Source of the DNA: Candidatus Binatia bacterium
GTDB lineage: Bacteria; Desulfobacterota; Binatia; UBA1149; CAITLU01
Direction: 5' to 3'
NCBI GenBank assembly: GCA_035626675.1
Contig: DASPNH010000101.1
Location: forward strand, 3,546 to 67,545
Length of the DNA stretch: 64,000 bases
Shown here piece after piece: positions 51,512-61,092 of the stretch (position 1 is the first letter of the stretch; each line of letters starts with the position of its first letter). Below the pieces are notes generated by a model. The model was given only the letters and a program-made list of their open reading frames with translations, searched no databases and had not been told where the DNA came from. The position numbers were made by a program, and so were the translations under genes.

Positions 51512-52276
51512 GTGACAGAGGCAATCGAAGTTTCGGCGTTCACCGACGGCGCCGCCAAGGGCAATCCCGGTCCCGGCGGCTGGGGCGCCGTGCTGCGGGT
51601 CGCTCGCGCAACCGTACGCGAACTGGGCGGCAGCGGCGGCTACACCACCAACAATCGCATGGAGCTGACCGCCGCCTTGCGCTCGCTGCAATGGATCGGG
51701 CAGGCCGCCGGCAGCTGCGATGCCCGCGTCCTCATCCTGACCGACTCGACCTACCTGATTCGCGGCGTCACCGCCTGGACCAAGGCCTGGAAGCGGCGCG
51801 GCTGGAAGACGGCCGATGGCGGCGACGTCGCCAATCGAGACCTGTGGGAGGCGCTGGAGGCGGCCGTGGCAGCCTGCGGCAAGGTCGACTGGCGCTACGT
51901 GCGAGGTCACGTCGGCATCGCGGGCAACGAGCGCGCCGACGCCATCGCAACGGGCTTTGCCAGCGGCAAGCATGTCGATCTCTACGAGGGCCCGTATGCG
52001 GAATACGGTCACGATCTGGACGCGATTCCGCAGGCCGGTGCGGCGCCGGCGGCGAAAGACAAGAGCACTGGCAAGAAAGTCTACTCCTACCTGAGTGTCG
52101 TCGACGGCGTTCCGGCGCGACATTCCAGCTGGCCCGACTGCGAGCGGCGCGTGAAGGGACGCTCGGGCGCACGTTTCAAGAAGGCGGCCACCGCTGCCGA
52201 GGAGGAAGCGACGCTGGCCGAGTGGGGATTCTCGCTGCAGGACCTGCCCGGCGGCGCCTTCGCGAGCAAGGGCTGA
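51512..52276 (+). CDS. rnhA: Ribonuclease HI with a C-terminal hybrid-binding (Cauli_VI-like) domain
   Basis: The RNase H core has the catalytic DEDD in FTDGAAKGNPGPGGWG...NNRMEL...TDS...ADAIA. The C-terminal roughly 60 aa (KKVYSYLSVVDGVPARHSSWPDCERRVKGRSGARFKKAATAAEEEATLAEWGF) match the RNase H1 N-terminal hybrid-binding-domain pattern. Confidence 0.8.
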   Translation: MTEAIEVSAFTDGAAKGNPGPGGWGAVLRVARATVRELGGSGGYTTNNRMELTAALRSLQWIGQAAGSCDARVLILTDSTYLIRGVTAWTKAWKRRGWKTADGGDVANRDLWEALEAAVAACGKVDWRYVRGHVGIAGNERADAIATGFASGKHVDLYEGPYAEYGHDLDAIPQAGAAPAAKDKSTGKKVYSYLSVVDGVPARHSSWPDCERRVKGRSGARFKKAATAAEEEATLAEWGFSLQDLPGGAFASKG

Positions 52277-52282
52277 TCGATC

Positions 52283-53692
52283 GTGCCGCGGTTGCTGCTG
52301 CGCGCGGCGATCTTCAGCGCGATCCTGCTGGCCGGTTCCGTCGCTGCCGATGAGCGGCCCACGCGCGACGCGCGCAAGCAGGCACGCGTAGTCGTCGACG
52401 CTGCCGGCGAAGACGCTGCAAGGCTTCGCACCCTGCTCGACGCCGGCGCCGACGTCGACGCGCGCGCTGCCTCCCGTCAGACACCGCTTGGCGAAGCCGC
52501 CGAACGCGGCAACGTCGAGAGCCTGCGGCTGCTGCTCGAACGCGGTGCGGCTATGGAGAAACCTGCCAAGGCCAATCGCACGCCGCTGGCGCTGGCGGTG
52601 CGGCAGGGCCGCGCCAATACCGCATCCGAGCTCCTGAAGGCTGGAGCCAGCGCGCTGACAGGCGGTCCGGACCGCTCCGCCGTGGATATCGCTGCCTCGC
52701 GGGCCAGGGAGCGGTCCCTCGATACGCTGCTCACGGCCAGCGCCGGCCTCGTTTCGGCCGGTCAGGTCCGCAACGCGATTCTGGTGCGAGCGGCGGCCGC
52801 GGGCCGGCAGGATCGCGTCGAAAAACTGCTCGCGCTCGGGGCCGACCCCGACGCCAGCGTGTTCGGAGACACCGCGCTGTTCGCGGCGGTTTCGGCCAGG
52901 CATCCGCCCATCGCGCGCATCCTGCTCGAGAGGGGCGCCGCGGCCGATCGCAAGCTTCGCGACCGTCCGAGCCCGCTCGATCTTGCCGTGCGCCAGGACG
53001 ACCTGGAGATGGTCGCGCTGCTGACGCTCTCCGGCGCCGATTGGCAGCGCGCCGGCCTGCACACGCAGGACAAGCGCGAACGCATGCGCCTGCGCGGCGC
53101 CGACGGCACCATGCTGGCCTCGCGCGATGACGTCGGCGACATCGACCGCCTCGACGGCGAGGGTATGACGATCCTGATGCGAGCGGCGCAGTCCGGCGTG
53201 CAGGCCATCGTGCGCGCCGCCATCGCGCGGGGCGCGCGCGTCGACGTGCAGCGTGGAGCGTCGGCTGCCGGCTCGCCGCGATGGCCGCAAGGCGATGGCT
53301 GGACCGCGTTGATGCTGGCGGCCGCAGCGGGCCACGGCAGCGTGGTCGCCGAGCTCCTGGGCGCCGGCGCCAACGTCAATCATCGCAACGGCAGCGGCCG
53401 CACGGCGCTGATGCTGGCGACGTGGTACGGGCATCTGGCCGTGGTGCGCCAGCTTGTGGCCGCGGGCGCCGAAGCCGGAATCGCCGATGAGCACGGTCAC
53501 AGCGCCGGCTCGCTGGCCATCGTGGCGGGACGTGTCGAGCTCGGCGAGCCGCTCGGAGTCGTCGTGCCGCCGGTGCCGCCGAAGCCGCAGCCCAAAGCCA
53601 AGCCGCAGCCCAAAGCCAGGGCTGCATCCGCCGCAGGTGCCAACGCAGCCGGCGCGCCTGCCAGCGGCGGGTCGAAGCGAGGCACGCCGTGA
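52283..53692 (+). CDS. Secreted ankyrin-repeat protein
   Basis: A signal peptide is followed by 9 or more ANK repeats (G.TPL..A...G......LL..GA). The low-complexity C-terminal tail includes PKPQPKAKPQPKA. Confidence 0.8.
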   Translation: MPRLLLRAAIFSAILLAGSVAADERPTRDARKQARVVVDAAGEDAARLRTLLDAGADVDARAASRQTPLGEAAERGNVESLRLLLERGAAMEKPAKANRTPLALAVRQGRANTASELLKAGASALTGGPDRSAVDIAASRARERSLDTLLTASAGLVSAGQVRNAILVRAAAAGRQDRVEKLLALGADPDASVFGDTALFAAVSARHPPIARILLERGAAADRKLRDRPSPLDLAVRQDDLEMVALLTLSGADWQRAGLHTQDKRERMRLRGADGTMLASRDDVGDIDRLDGEGMTILMRAAQSGVQAIVRAAIARGARVDVQRGASAAGSPRWPQGDGWTALMLAAAAGHGSVVAELLGAGANVNHRNGSGRTALMLATWYGHLAVVRQLVAAGAEAGIADEHGHSAGSLAIVAGRVELGEPLGVVVPPVPPKPQPKAKPQPKARAASAAGANAAGAPASGGSKRGTP

Positions 53693-55287
53693 AGCTCGAC
53701 CAGATGCTGCTGGCCGCCATCGTGGTCGCTGCCTCGCTGACGCTGCTCATGGCCTACGACATCACCGGTCGCGCCATCCTGGCCGACAATCAGATCTTCT
53801 TCTTCCTGTCCGAGCGCGCCGCGGCCGGCGTTCCGCCTCACATCTCGATGGCGGATCCCAAGACCCAGCTCAGCTCGCTGCTGACGGCGGTGGCCATAGG
53901 AGCGGGCCACGGCCTCGGGCTCGACACGGTGATGGCGTTTCGCGCCATCAGCATCGTCTCGGTCCTGACCAGCGTATGGCTGGCCTATCGGCTGGCGATC
54001 GTTCTTTCGGGCCACGCGCTTGCAGGCCCGCTGGCAGCCGCCGCGCTGTTCGTGGTCGAAGGACTGTTCCTGGAAGGAGCTTCGGGCGGACGCCCGCACG
54101 TCTTTACCGTCACGTTCATCCTTGCCGCGCATCTGTTGATGACGCATCGGCGCGACGTGGCCAGCGGATTCGCCGCCGCGTGCGCGCTGCTGTGCTGGCA
54201 GCCGTCCGCGATCGTGCTGGGGTCGATAGGTCTTTCGCTGCTGCTCTGCCGCGACGCGCCGATCCGGCGCGCCGTTGGCGTGACTGCCGGTGCGCTGCTG
54301 GCCGCGGCAGCCTACGAGTCCTACTTCGTCTGGCATGGCGTAGCCGGCGAGCAGCTCTTCCAGGAGTTCGTGCTCCCCACGGGCAGCATTCACGAGATGG
54401 CCAGCCTGGCCGAGAACTTCTGGTTCGTGATCACCGATGCGCGTGCCTATCGCCCGCTGCCGCGCCTGTTGCCGGCGCTGTTTCTCCTCGTCGTGGCGCT
54501 GCGCTGGCTTTCGTGGCTGGCGCGGCCGCGAGCTGCGCTGGAGGCGGTCCGGTCACGTCCCGAAGTCACTGCCTTCTGGCTGGCCGCGCATCTCGGCTTC
54601 GCGTTCACGGTCTACGAGCATCAGGCCCATCCCGATCTGCTCCTGGTGCAGCCGTACTATGCCGTCGCGTGCGCCTGGCTCTTCGCCGAGCTCGTGATGA
54701 TGGGTGCACCGGCGCGCGCGCGTCTGACCGCAGCGTGGGTCGTCACGGCGATCGTGTTCGGATGGGGTTATGCGCAGGGACGGCTCATCGCGAGGCTGAC
54801 GGGGCCCGGCGCCGCATTCTCCCTGCAGGACCAGCGTAGAATGGCCGATGCGGTGCGGCTCTACTACGACCATCGCGGCAGCGTGTGGGTGCTCGGCTCG
54901 ATGCATCTGCTCGGTCTGCTCCACCGCGACAACTGGACGCAGTATGGGTTCTTCTGGGACGACCTGGATCGCCACATGGACACCAACGCCTATCGTCCCG
55001 AGCGCGACGGGCGCATGCCCGAAATCATCCTGAGCGGGCGAGGAATCGTTCCTGGCCAGGCCGGATGGCGCCGCCTGGAATACCTCGACATCACGCCGCC
55101 GCGCTTCCAGGTGCACAACGTGCGCGTGTTCGCGCGCCGCATCGACGGCGACCTGCTCGCGCAGGAAGCGGCGGCCAAGGCCAAGGCCAAGGCCAAGGCT
55201 GCGCAGCAGGGCAAGGCCACGGTCGAAGGCAGGGCCGTGCAGCCGCGCCCGGGCGCCGCACCGGCCGCACCAGCGACGGCGCCATGA
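53689..55287 (+). CDS. Polytopic membrane protein, possibly a GT-C-type glycosyltransferase (DUF2029/GT39-like)
   Basis: The N-terminal 350 aa hold about 10 transmembrane helices, followed by a soluble C-terminal domain and a KAKAKAKA tail. A GTG start overlaps the ankyrin-gene stop. The family assignment is tentative. Confidence 0.5.
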   Translation: MKLDQMLLAAIVVAASLTLLMAYDITGRAILADNQIFFFLSERAAAGVPPHISMADPKTQLSSLLTAVAIGAGHGLGLDTVMAFRAISIVSVLTSVWLAYRLAIVLSGHALAGPLAAAALFVVEGLFLEGASGGRPHVFTVTFILAAHLLMTHRRDVASGFAAACALLCWQPSAIVLGSIGLSLLLCRDAPIRRAVGVTAGALLAAAAYESYFVWHGVAGEQLFQEFVLPTGSIHEMASLAENFWFVITDARAYRPLPRLLPALFLLVVALRWLSWLARPRAALEAVRSRPEVTAFWLAAHLGFAFTVYEHQAHPDLLLVQPYYAVACAWLFAELVMMGAPARARLTAAWVVTAIVFGWGYAQGRLIARLTGPGAAFSLQDQRRMADAVRLYYDHRGSVWVLGSMHLLGLLHRDNWTQYGFFWDDLDRHMDTNAYRPERDGRMPEIILSGRGIVPGQAGWRRLEYLDITPPRFQVHNVRVFARRIDGDLLAQEAAAKAKAKAKAAQQGKATVEGRAVQPRPGAAPAAPATAP

Positions 55288-55365
55288 TCGATGGCGCCTG
55301 CGACGATGCAGGACCGGCCTCGCCCGAAACGATGCGGAGCGATGCCCCCGCCGCAAAGCCGGACT

Positions 55366-56931
55366 TCAGATCCGCGTGGCCTGTCCGCTCCAGTAGCGGT
55401 CGCGCAGCAGGCGCTTGTAGAGCTTGCCGGTGGGGTGGCGGGGAAGCTCGGCCTCGAAGTCGATCGTGCGCGGACATTTGATCCTGGCCAGCTGGCCCTG
55501 GCAGAACTCGATCAGTTCGCGCGCCAGCTCGGGGCCCGCATCGGCCATGTTCATCGGCTGCACGACCGCCTTCACTTCCTCTCCGAAATCCTCGTTGGGC
55601 ACGCCGAAGACGGCAACGTCGGCGACCTTCGGATGCGTGATCAGGACGTTCTCGGCTTCCTGCGGATAGATGTTGACGCCGCCGGAGATGATCATGAAGG
55701 CCTTGCGATCGGTCAGGTACAGGTAGCCTTCGGCATCGACGTAGCCGACGTCGCCGAGAGTGCTCCAGCCGCGCTCGTTGTGCGCCTGGCGCGTCTTGTC
55801 GGGGTCGTTGTGGTACTCGAAGCGTCCGCCCTCGGCGAACCAGACGGTGCCGGGCTCTCCTGCGGCAAGCTCGCGGCCGTCGTCGTCCAGGATGTGGATC
55901 TTGCCGAGGATGGGCTTGCCGACCGAGCCCCGGTGCGCGAGCCATTCGGCCGAGTTGATGGCGCAAAGGCCGTTGCCCTCGGTGCCGCCGTAGTACTCGA
56001 ACAGCACCGGTCCCCACCACTCGATCATCCGCTCCTTGACCGGGATGGGGCAGGGCGCCGCGGCATGCACCGCCACCTTCAGGCTGGAGAGATCGAAGCG
56101 GCGGCGCTGGCCCTCCTCGAGCTTGAGCATGCGCACGAACATGGTGGGAACCCACTGGCTGTGCGTGACGCGATACTTCTCGATCAGCGCCAGCGACTGC
56201 TCCGGATCGAAATGCTCCATGACGATGCACGTGCCGCCGAGGCGATGGACCGTCATGTTGAAGCGCAGCGGAGCGGCGTGGTAGAGCGGCGACGGCGACA
56301 GGTAGATGCTGTCGGTGTCGATGCCGTAGAGGCCGGCCACGAAGGCGACCATGGTGTTGGGCGTGCCGGCCGGCGCACCGGTCAGCGGGATCTTGACGCC
56401 CTTGGGCTTTCCCGTCGTTCCCGACGAGTAGAGCATGTCGGCGCCTTCGAGCTCGTTCTCCAGCGGCATCGCAGGAAACCGTGCGACCGTCTGCTCGTAG
56501 GAATCGAAACCGTGTGCGGCGCCATCGACCATCAGGCGCGTGCCAAGATTCGGGCACGAAGCGACGGCCTGCGCGGCCACTTCGCCCTTGGCCAACGATG
56601 TGAACATGACCTTGGCCGCGCAGTCGCCTACGATGTAGGCGACCTCGGCCGGCGTCAGGCGCGAGCTGATCGCCGTGTAGTAGAGGCCCGAGCGCTGCGC
56701 CGCCCAGCAGATCTCGAGGAAGCGTACGTGATTCTCCATCATGATCGCGATGCCGTCGCCGGGGCGCAGCCCAAGGGACCAGAGCATCTGCGCACACTGG
56801 TTGGAGCGCGCATCGAGCTGCCCGTAGGTCACCACCTCGCCGGTGTCGGCCAAGATGTAGGCGGGCTTGTCGGGATGATCGGCGGCGTAGGTCGCTGGGT
56901 ACACTTCGTTCCTCCTCGGCAGGGGCGCCAT
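55366..56931 (-). CDS. Acyl-CoA synthetase / AMP-dependent ligase
   Basis: The AMP-binding motif is YSSGTTGKPKGV. YGGTEG and the C-terminal PRHPTGKLYKR follow. A GAGGGGAC ribosome-binding site is present. Confidence 0.9.
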   Translation of the reverse strand: MAPLPRRNEVYPATYAADHPDKPAYILADTGEVVTYGQLDARSNQCAQMLWSLGLRPGDGIAIMMENHVRFLEICWAAQRSGLYYTAISSRLTPAEVAYIVGDCAAKVMFTSLAKGEVAAQAVASCPNLGTRLMVDGAAHGFDSYEQTVARFPAMPLENELEGADMLYSSGTTGKPKGVKIPLTGAPAGTPNTMVAFVAGLYGIDTDSIYLSPSPLYHAAPLRFNMTVHRLGGTCIVMEHFDPEQSLALIEKYRVTHSQWVPTMFVRMLKLEEGQRRRFDLSSLKVAVHAAAPCPIPVKERMIEWWGPVLFEYYGGTEGNGLCAINSAEWLAHRGSVGKPILGKIHILDDDGRELAAGEPGTVWFAEGGRFEYHNDPDKTRQAHNERGWSTLGDVGYVDAEGYLYLTDRKAFMIISGGVNIYPQEAENVLITHPKVADVAVFGVPNEDFGEEVKAVVQPMNMADAGPELARELIEFCQGQLARIKCPRTIDFEAELPRHPTGKLYKRLLRDRYWSGQATRI

Positions 56932-57014
56932 CTTCTGGGATCGTCCCCTCCATGCAAGCCGCTTCGGCCACGCGGGTGTCTTCCGCGTCCGGACTCGACT
57001 AGATTCGCGCCATC

Positions 57015-57413
57015 GTGCGATGCTTCATGCTCGCGGTCGCGCAGGCTTCGACGCTGGACCGCTACACCAACAACTTCAGTCTGTTCTTCCTGTTCGAAGA
57101 GTTCCGGCCTTCGCATTATCCGGCACGCCTGAGCGTACACAGCCATGCCTTCTTCGAGGTCGATGCCGACGAGGTCGGCGCCGACCTGGAAGTGAGGCTG
57201 CTGCTGCTGCGCGGAGCGGAGCCCGTGTTCACCTCCAATCCGGTAGCCGTCAAGCCGGCGGGCGAGCGTCACCGCGTGCGCATCAGCGGACTGGCCATTC
57301 CCGAAGCCGGTCAGTACCGTGTGGCCGTCGAATGGAGGCGCTCCGGCTCCGATGGTGCGTGGACGCGCGAAGCCGTGACCTGGCCCTTGAAGGCGAACAC
57401 GCCGCTTCAGTGA
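57015..57413 (+). CDS. Hypothetical protein, co-oriented with and 6 nt upstream of the S8 protease gene
   Basis: This 132-aa ORF has a protein-like composition, unlike the overlapping alternative frames. Confidence 0.45.
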   Translation: MRCFMLAVAQASTLDRYTNNFSLFFLFEEFRPSHYPARLSVHSHAFFEVDADEVGADLEVRLLLLRGAEPVFTSNPVAVKPAGERHRVRISGLAIPEAGQYRVAVEWRRSGSDGAWTREAVTWPLKANTPLQ

Positions 57414-57418
57414 GCTCC

Positions 57419-59005
57419 ATGCGCATCCTCGCGTTCGTCGCCGCCGCGGTCCTGGCCGCATCTCCCGTCCGTGCCCAGCTGCTTGCCCCGGCCGTCCGCG
57501 CCGATCTCGAGCGCAGCGGCCGCGTGCATTCGCTCGTGCTCGAGCATCTGGAGGCCGCTGCGAGAATCCGTGTCTTTCTCGAGCTGGATCTGACCGCCGC
57601 CGGCGCCCCGGCCGCTCAGCAGCAAAGCTGGGAGCTACGTCGCCCCTGGGTCGCGGCTGCATCGACCGAAGTTGCAGGCAGCCTCGAGCTCGAGGGTTTC
57701 GAGCTGACGCATCGGTTCCAGGGCATCAGTGCGGTGGCGGGCTGGATCGATGCGCATGCCATCGAAGCCGCGCTGGCACATCCGTGGGTCGCACGCGTGC
57801 TTCCCGACTCGGCCGGACATGCGGCGCTGGAGCAGTCGCTGCCGCTGGCCAACCTGAGTGACACGCGCAGCGCGGGGTTCCATGGCGCCGGCCAGAAGGT
57901 CGCCGTCATCGACAGCGGCGCCGACCGCAACCATCCGGCGCTCGATGACGCCATCGTCGACGAGGCATGCTTCTGCTCCGCGAACTGCTGCCCCAATGGA
58001 CAGGACGAGCAGGAAGGGCCGGGGGCGGCGATGGACGAGAACGGTCACGGCACCAACGTAACCGGCGTCATCGCATCCAGCGGCGCCAACGGCACTCCGG
58101 TTGGCGCAACGCCGGCCGTCGACGTGGTGCTGGTGCGCGTACTCGACGAGAACGGATCCTTCAGTACCACCGCCGACATCGCCGCGGCGCTGGATTGGAT
58201 TCGCGCCGAGCATCCGGATGCGGCGGCGGTCAACATGAGCCTTGCCACGAACACTATCGTGCAATCGCATTGCGACAACACCTTCACGGTCCTGGCACAG
58301 GCAGCAGAGTCGGTCCGCGATGTCGGCGTCCTGCCGGTGGCCGCCACCGGCAACGAGGGCAGCGCCACCTCGATGGCAGCGCCCGCCTGCATCAGCGACG
58401 TCATGGCAGTGGCGGCGGTATGGGATGCCAACATCGGGACGTCGAGCATTTTCTGTCAGGAAGCGACGGCGCCCGACAAGATCACCTGCTTCAGCAATCG
58501 CAACGCGCTCACCGACATCCTGGCGCCGGGAGCGCCGGTGACGTCGACAGGACTGGGAGGCGGAACCTCGACCTACTACGGCACCTCGCAGGCCTCACCG
58601 ATGGTCGCCGCCTGTGCGGTGGCGATGCGGCAGTCCAATGAGGACGTCACCACCGCCCAGATGGTCGCGGCGATGAAGGCCTCGCCGACCATGGTTCACG
58701 ACTCCAAGAGCGGCCAGACGTTCCCGCGCCTGGACTGTCTGGACGCAGTGCTCGACGTCGCCACCACGACCACCACCACCACGCTTCCGATCGAGCCGCT
58801 GTGCGGCGATGCCGACGGTGACGGTCAGGTGGTCGCATCGGATGCACTGACGGTGCTGCACGCCGCAGTGGGGCTGGTGGTCAGCTGTCCGCAGGTGCGC
58901 TGCGATTTTGACGGAAGCGGCAGCGTCACCGCCTCCGATTCCCTGTCCACGCTCAAGCGCGCCGTCGGTCAAACCGTAGCGACCGGCTGCCTGGCCGAGG
59001 CCTGA
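57419..59005 (+). CDS. Secreted subtilisin-like (S8) serine protease with a Thr linker and a C-terminal dockerin-like module
   Basis: The signal peptide is MRILAFVAAAVLAASPVRA. The catalytic triad appears in VIDSGAD, HGTNVTGV and GTSQASPMVAA. The C-terminus reads TTTTTTTLPIEPLCGDADGDGQVVASDALTVLHAAVG...CDFDGSGSVTASDSLSTLKRAVG. Confidence 0.85.
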   Translation: MRILAFVAAAVLAASPVRAQLLAPAVRADLERSGRVHSLVLEHLEAAARIRVFLELDLTAAGAPAAQQQSWELRRPWVAAASTEVAGSLELEGFELTHRFQGISAVAGWIDAHAIEAALAHPWVARVLPDSAGHAALEQSLPLANLSDTRSAGFHGAGQKVAVIDSGADRNHPALDDAIVDEACFCSANCCPNGQDEQEGPGAAMDENGHGTNVTGVIASSGANGTPVGATPAVDVVLVRVLDENGSFSTTADIAAALDWIRAEHPDAAAVNMSLATNTIVQSHCDNTFTVLAQAAESVRDVGVLPVAATGNEGSATSMAAPACISDVMAVAAVWDANIGTSSIFCQEATAPDKITCFSNRNALTDILAPGAPVTSTGLGGGTSTYYGTSQASPMVAACAVAMRQSNEDVTTAQMVAAMKASPTMVHDSKSGQTFPRLDCLDAVLDVATTTTTTTLPIEPLCGDADGDGQVVASDALTVLHAAVGLVVSCPQVRCDFDGSGSVTASDSLSTLKRAVGQTVATGCLAEA

Positions 59006-59006
59006 C

Positions 59007-59690
59007 TCAGGGATAGGCCGCGAAGAGCGCTCTCTGGCTCTCGCCGGCAAACGAGCGTGCCTGCGAGATTTTCTCGGCGCGCGAGAAGCCGTTGTCCAGG
59101 ATGAAGCGCTTGACCCACTCGTGCGGATCCGGACCCATGTCCGGCATCTTCTTGGCCCAGCTTTCCTTGTGCTCGTCGGACTGCCCCATTTCGAAGAGGC
59201 AGACCTTGGCCGTCTTCTGAGCCACCAGTCGCAGGATGCGCTGCGCATACTCGACGCCCTTCTCGTACATCATGTGGTGGATGACCGAGAGGAAGATGAC
59301 GGCATCGAATTTGGGCAGGGCCTCGAGCAGGTTCTCGTCCACCGGCGACATGAGAAACCCGGCGCCCTGCAGGTCGTTCAGGATGACCTGGCTGGTGCAG
59401 GTGAAGATCCGGCGCTGGTCGAAGTCGACACCGACGCTGAAGGGAATCCCGGAGCGCGCGGCGCGAACGACGTAGTATCCTTCGGAGCACCCCAGATCGA
59501 CCAGGCTCTTGGCGCCGACGGCCGTCAGCACCGGAGCGATGGCATCCCATCGGACTTCGCAGTCTCGCACGCCGAGCATGTAGCCGCCCGGGGTGAAGAC
59601 CGGCTGATAAACCTCGTAGCTGCGAAGGTGAAGGCGGTGGACGGCATTGGCAGCCGCCGCCAGAAGCGGCTTGACGGGCTTGCGTTTCAC
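59007..59690 (-). CDS. Class I SAM-dependent methyltransferase
   Basis: Motif I is VDLGCSEGYY. A Rossmann-like MT fold follows. The gene starts with GTG. Confidence 0.7.
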   Translation of the reverse strand: MKRKPVKPLLAAAANAVHRLHLRSYEVYQPVFTPGGYMLGVRDCEVRWDAIAPVLTAVGAKSLVDLGCSEGYYVVRAARSGIPFSVGVDFDQRRIFTCTSQVILNDLQGAGFLMSPVDENLLEALPKFDAVIFLSVIHHMMYEKGVEYAQRILRLVAQKTAKVCLFEMGQSDEHKESWAKKMPDMGPDPHEWVKRFILDNGFSRAEKISQARSFAGESQRALFAAYP

Positions 59691-59777
59691 GGATCGATCC
59701 TCGACAGAGTCACGAATGTTCGAGATTGAGAACGGGGACCGTACCCCGACCCGTGCGTAGAGGCTAATCTTGGCGCG

Positions 59778-60611
59778 ATGAACTCCCCCTTCGACGACGA
59801 GGCCCGGTTTCGCGCGGCGCTGACTTGCTGCAGCGAGGATGCGGCCGGCGCAACCGACGTCGGACGAGCACGCCGGCGCAACGAGGATGCGTACTGGGTC
59901 GATCCGCAGGAGAGGTTCGCGCTCGTTGCCGATGGGCTCGGGGGTCTTCCCGATGGCCACATCGCCAGTCGCCTGGCCATCACCGCCGCGGTCGAGCTTC
60001 TCGAAGGAAGGTTCGCACCGAGCGCCGGCGGCGGAAAACAGGAAGAACGATCGGCCCTGGTGAGCCGCCTCGGCATGGCTCTCGGCGATGCTTTCGAGGC
60101 GGCGCAGGCCAGCGTGCTCTCGCAGCAGCGGCCTGCCGCCAGCGATCTGACGATGGCGACGACCCTGATCGGCGTGGCTATCGAGCGTGACCTTGCCGTG
60201 ATGGTGCACGTCGGCGACGTGCGCGGCTACGTGTGGCGCGCCGGTCGCATCGTGATGGCGACGGTCGATCATTCGCGCCTGGGACATCTGGTGCGCGAAG
60301 GTCTGATGCCGCGCGATCAGGTTCGTTTCCATCCCGAGCGCAACATCGTCACCGAGGTGCTCGGCATTCCCGAAGGCTACAGTCCCGACGTCAATGCCAT
60401 CGAGCTCGAGGACGGAGACGTGCTCGTGCTGTGCAGCGACGGCCTGTGGGAAGCCGTCGAGGAGGACGACGTGGCCAGGCTCCTCGAGCACGCCGGCTCG
60501 GCCGGCGAGGCCGCGACCTGGCTCATCCACGCCGCCAATTCAGCCGGCGGCCGCGACAACATCACCGTGGTGGTGATGCGCCACCGTACGCAATCCGCCG
60601 CCTGCGGCTGA
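59778..60611 (+). CDS. PP2C-family Ser/Thr protein phosphatase
   Basis: The metal-binding acidic motifs are present: NEDAYWV, ADGLGGLPDG, CSDGLWE and GGRDNITVVV. Confidence 0.85.
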   Translation: MNSPFDDEARFRAALTCCSEDAAGATDVGRARRRNEDAYWVDPQERFALVADGLGGLPDGHIASRLAITAAVELLEGRFAPSAGGGKQEERSALVSRLGMALGDAFEAAQASVLSQQRPAASDLTMATTLIGVAIERDLAVMVHVGDVRGYVWRAGRIVMATVDHSRLGHLVREGLMPRDQVRFHPERNIVTEVLGIPEGYSPDVNAIELEDGDVLVLCSDGLWEAVEEDDVARLLEHAGSAGEAATWLIHAANSAGGRDNITVVVMRHRTQSAACG

Positions 60612-60663
60612 GCCCTGCCTTGTCTTGCCGCGGCGCCGTTCTAGAGTCGGCCGCGAGGATGCC

Positions 60664-61092
60664 ATGCCAGGAAAACTGACGAGCGAAGAATTGGACGTTC
60701 TGCTGAGCGCTCCGGAGATCGCGGTGCTGTGCACGGTCGACGAGCGGGGCCGTCCCGAGGGCTCGCCGATCTGGTTCCAGTACAGCGACGGCAAGATCTA
60801 CGTGCACGTGGACGGCTCCTCGCGAAAGGCCCGCAGCATTGCGGCCAATCCGCAGGTGTCGCTGACCGTGGACACGCGAGTCGCACCGTACAAGGGCGCC
60901 ATCCTGCACGGCAGCGCCAGGGTGCTCGCGCCCGACGACGAGATCCGGCGCCGGACCGCGCACCACTATCTGGGAGCCGACATGGGGGATGCCTACCTGG
61001 AGATGACCGCCGACGGCTTCGAGGACACGGTGCTGCTCGAGATGACCATCACGTCGCGCTTCACCTGGGACTACGCCAAAGGGCTGGTCTGA
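60664..61092 (+). CDS. Pyridoxamine 5'-phosphate oxidase-family (split-barrel, FMN/F420-binding-like) protein
   Basis: This 142-aa protein has a PNPOx-like barrel pattern ([18 protein letters not shown] ... VSLTVD). Confidence 0.65.
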   Translation: MPGKLTSEELDVLLSAPEIAVLCTVDERGRPEGSPIWFQYSDGKIYVHVDGSSRKARSIAANPQVSLTVDTRVAPYKGAILHGSARVLAPDDEIRRRTAHHYLGADMGDAYLEMTADGFEDTVLLEMTITSRFTWDYAKGLV

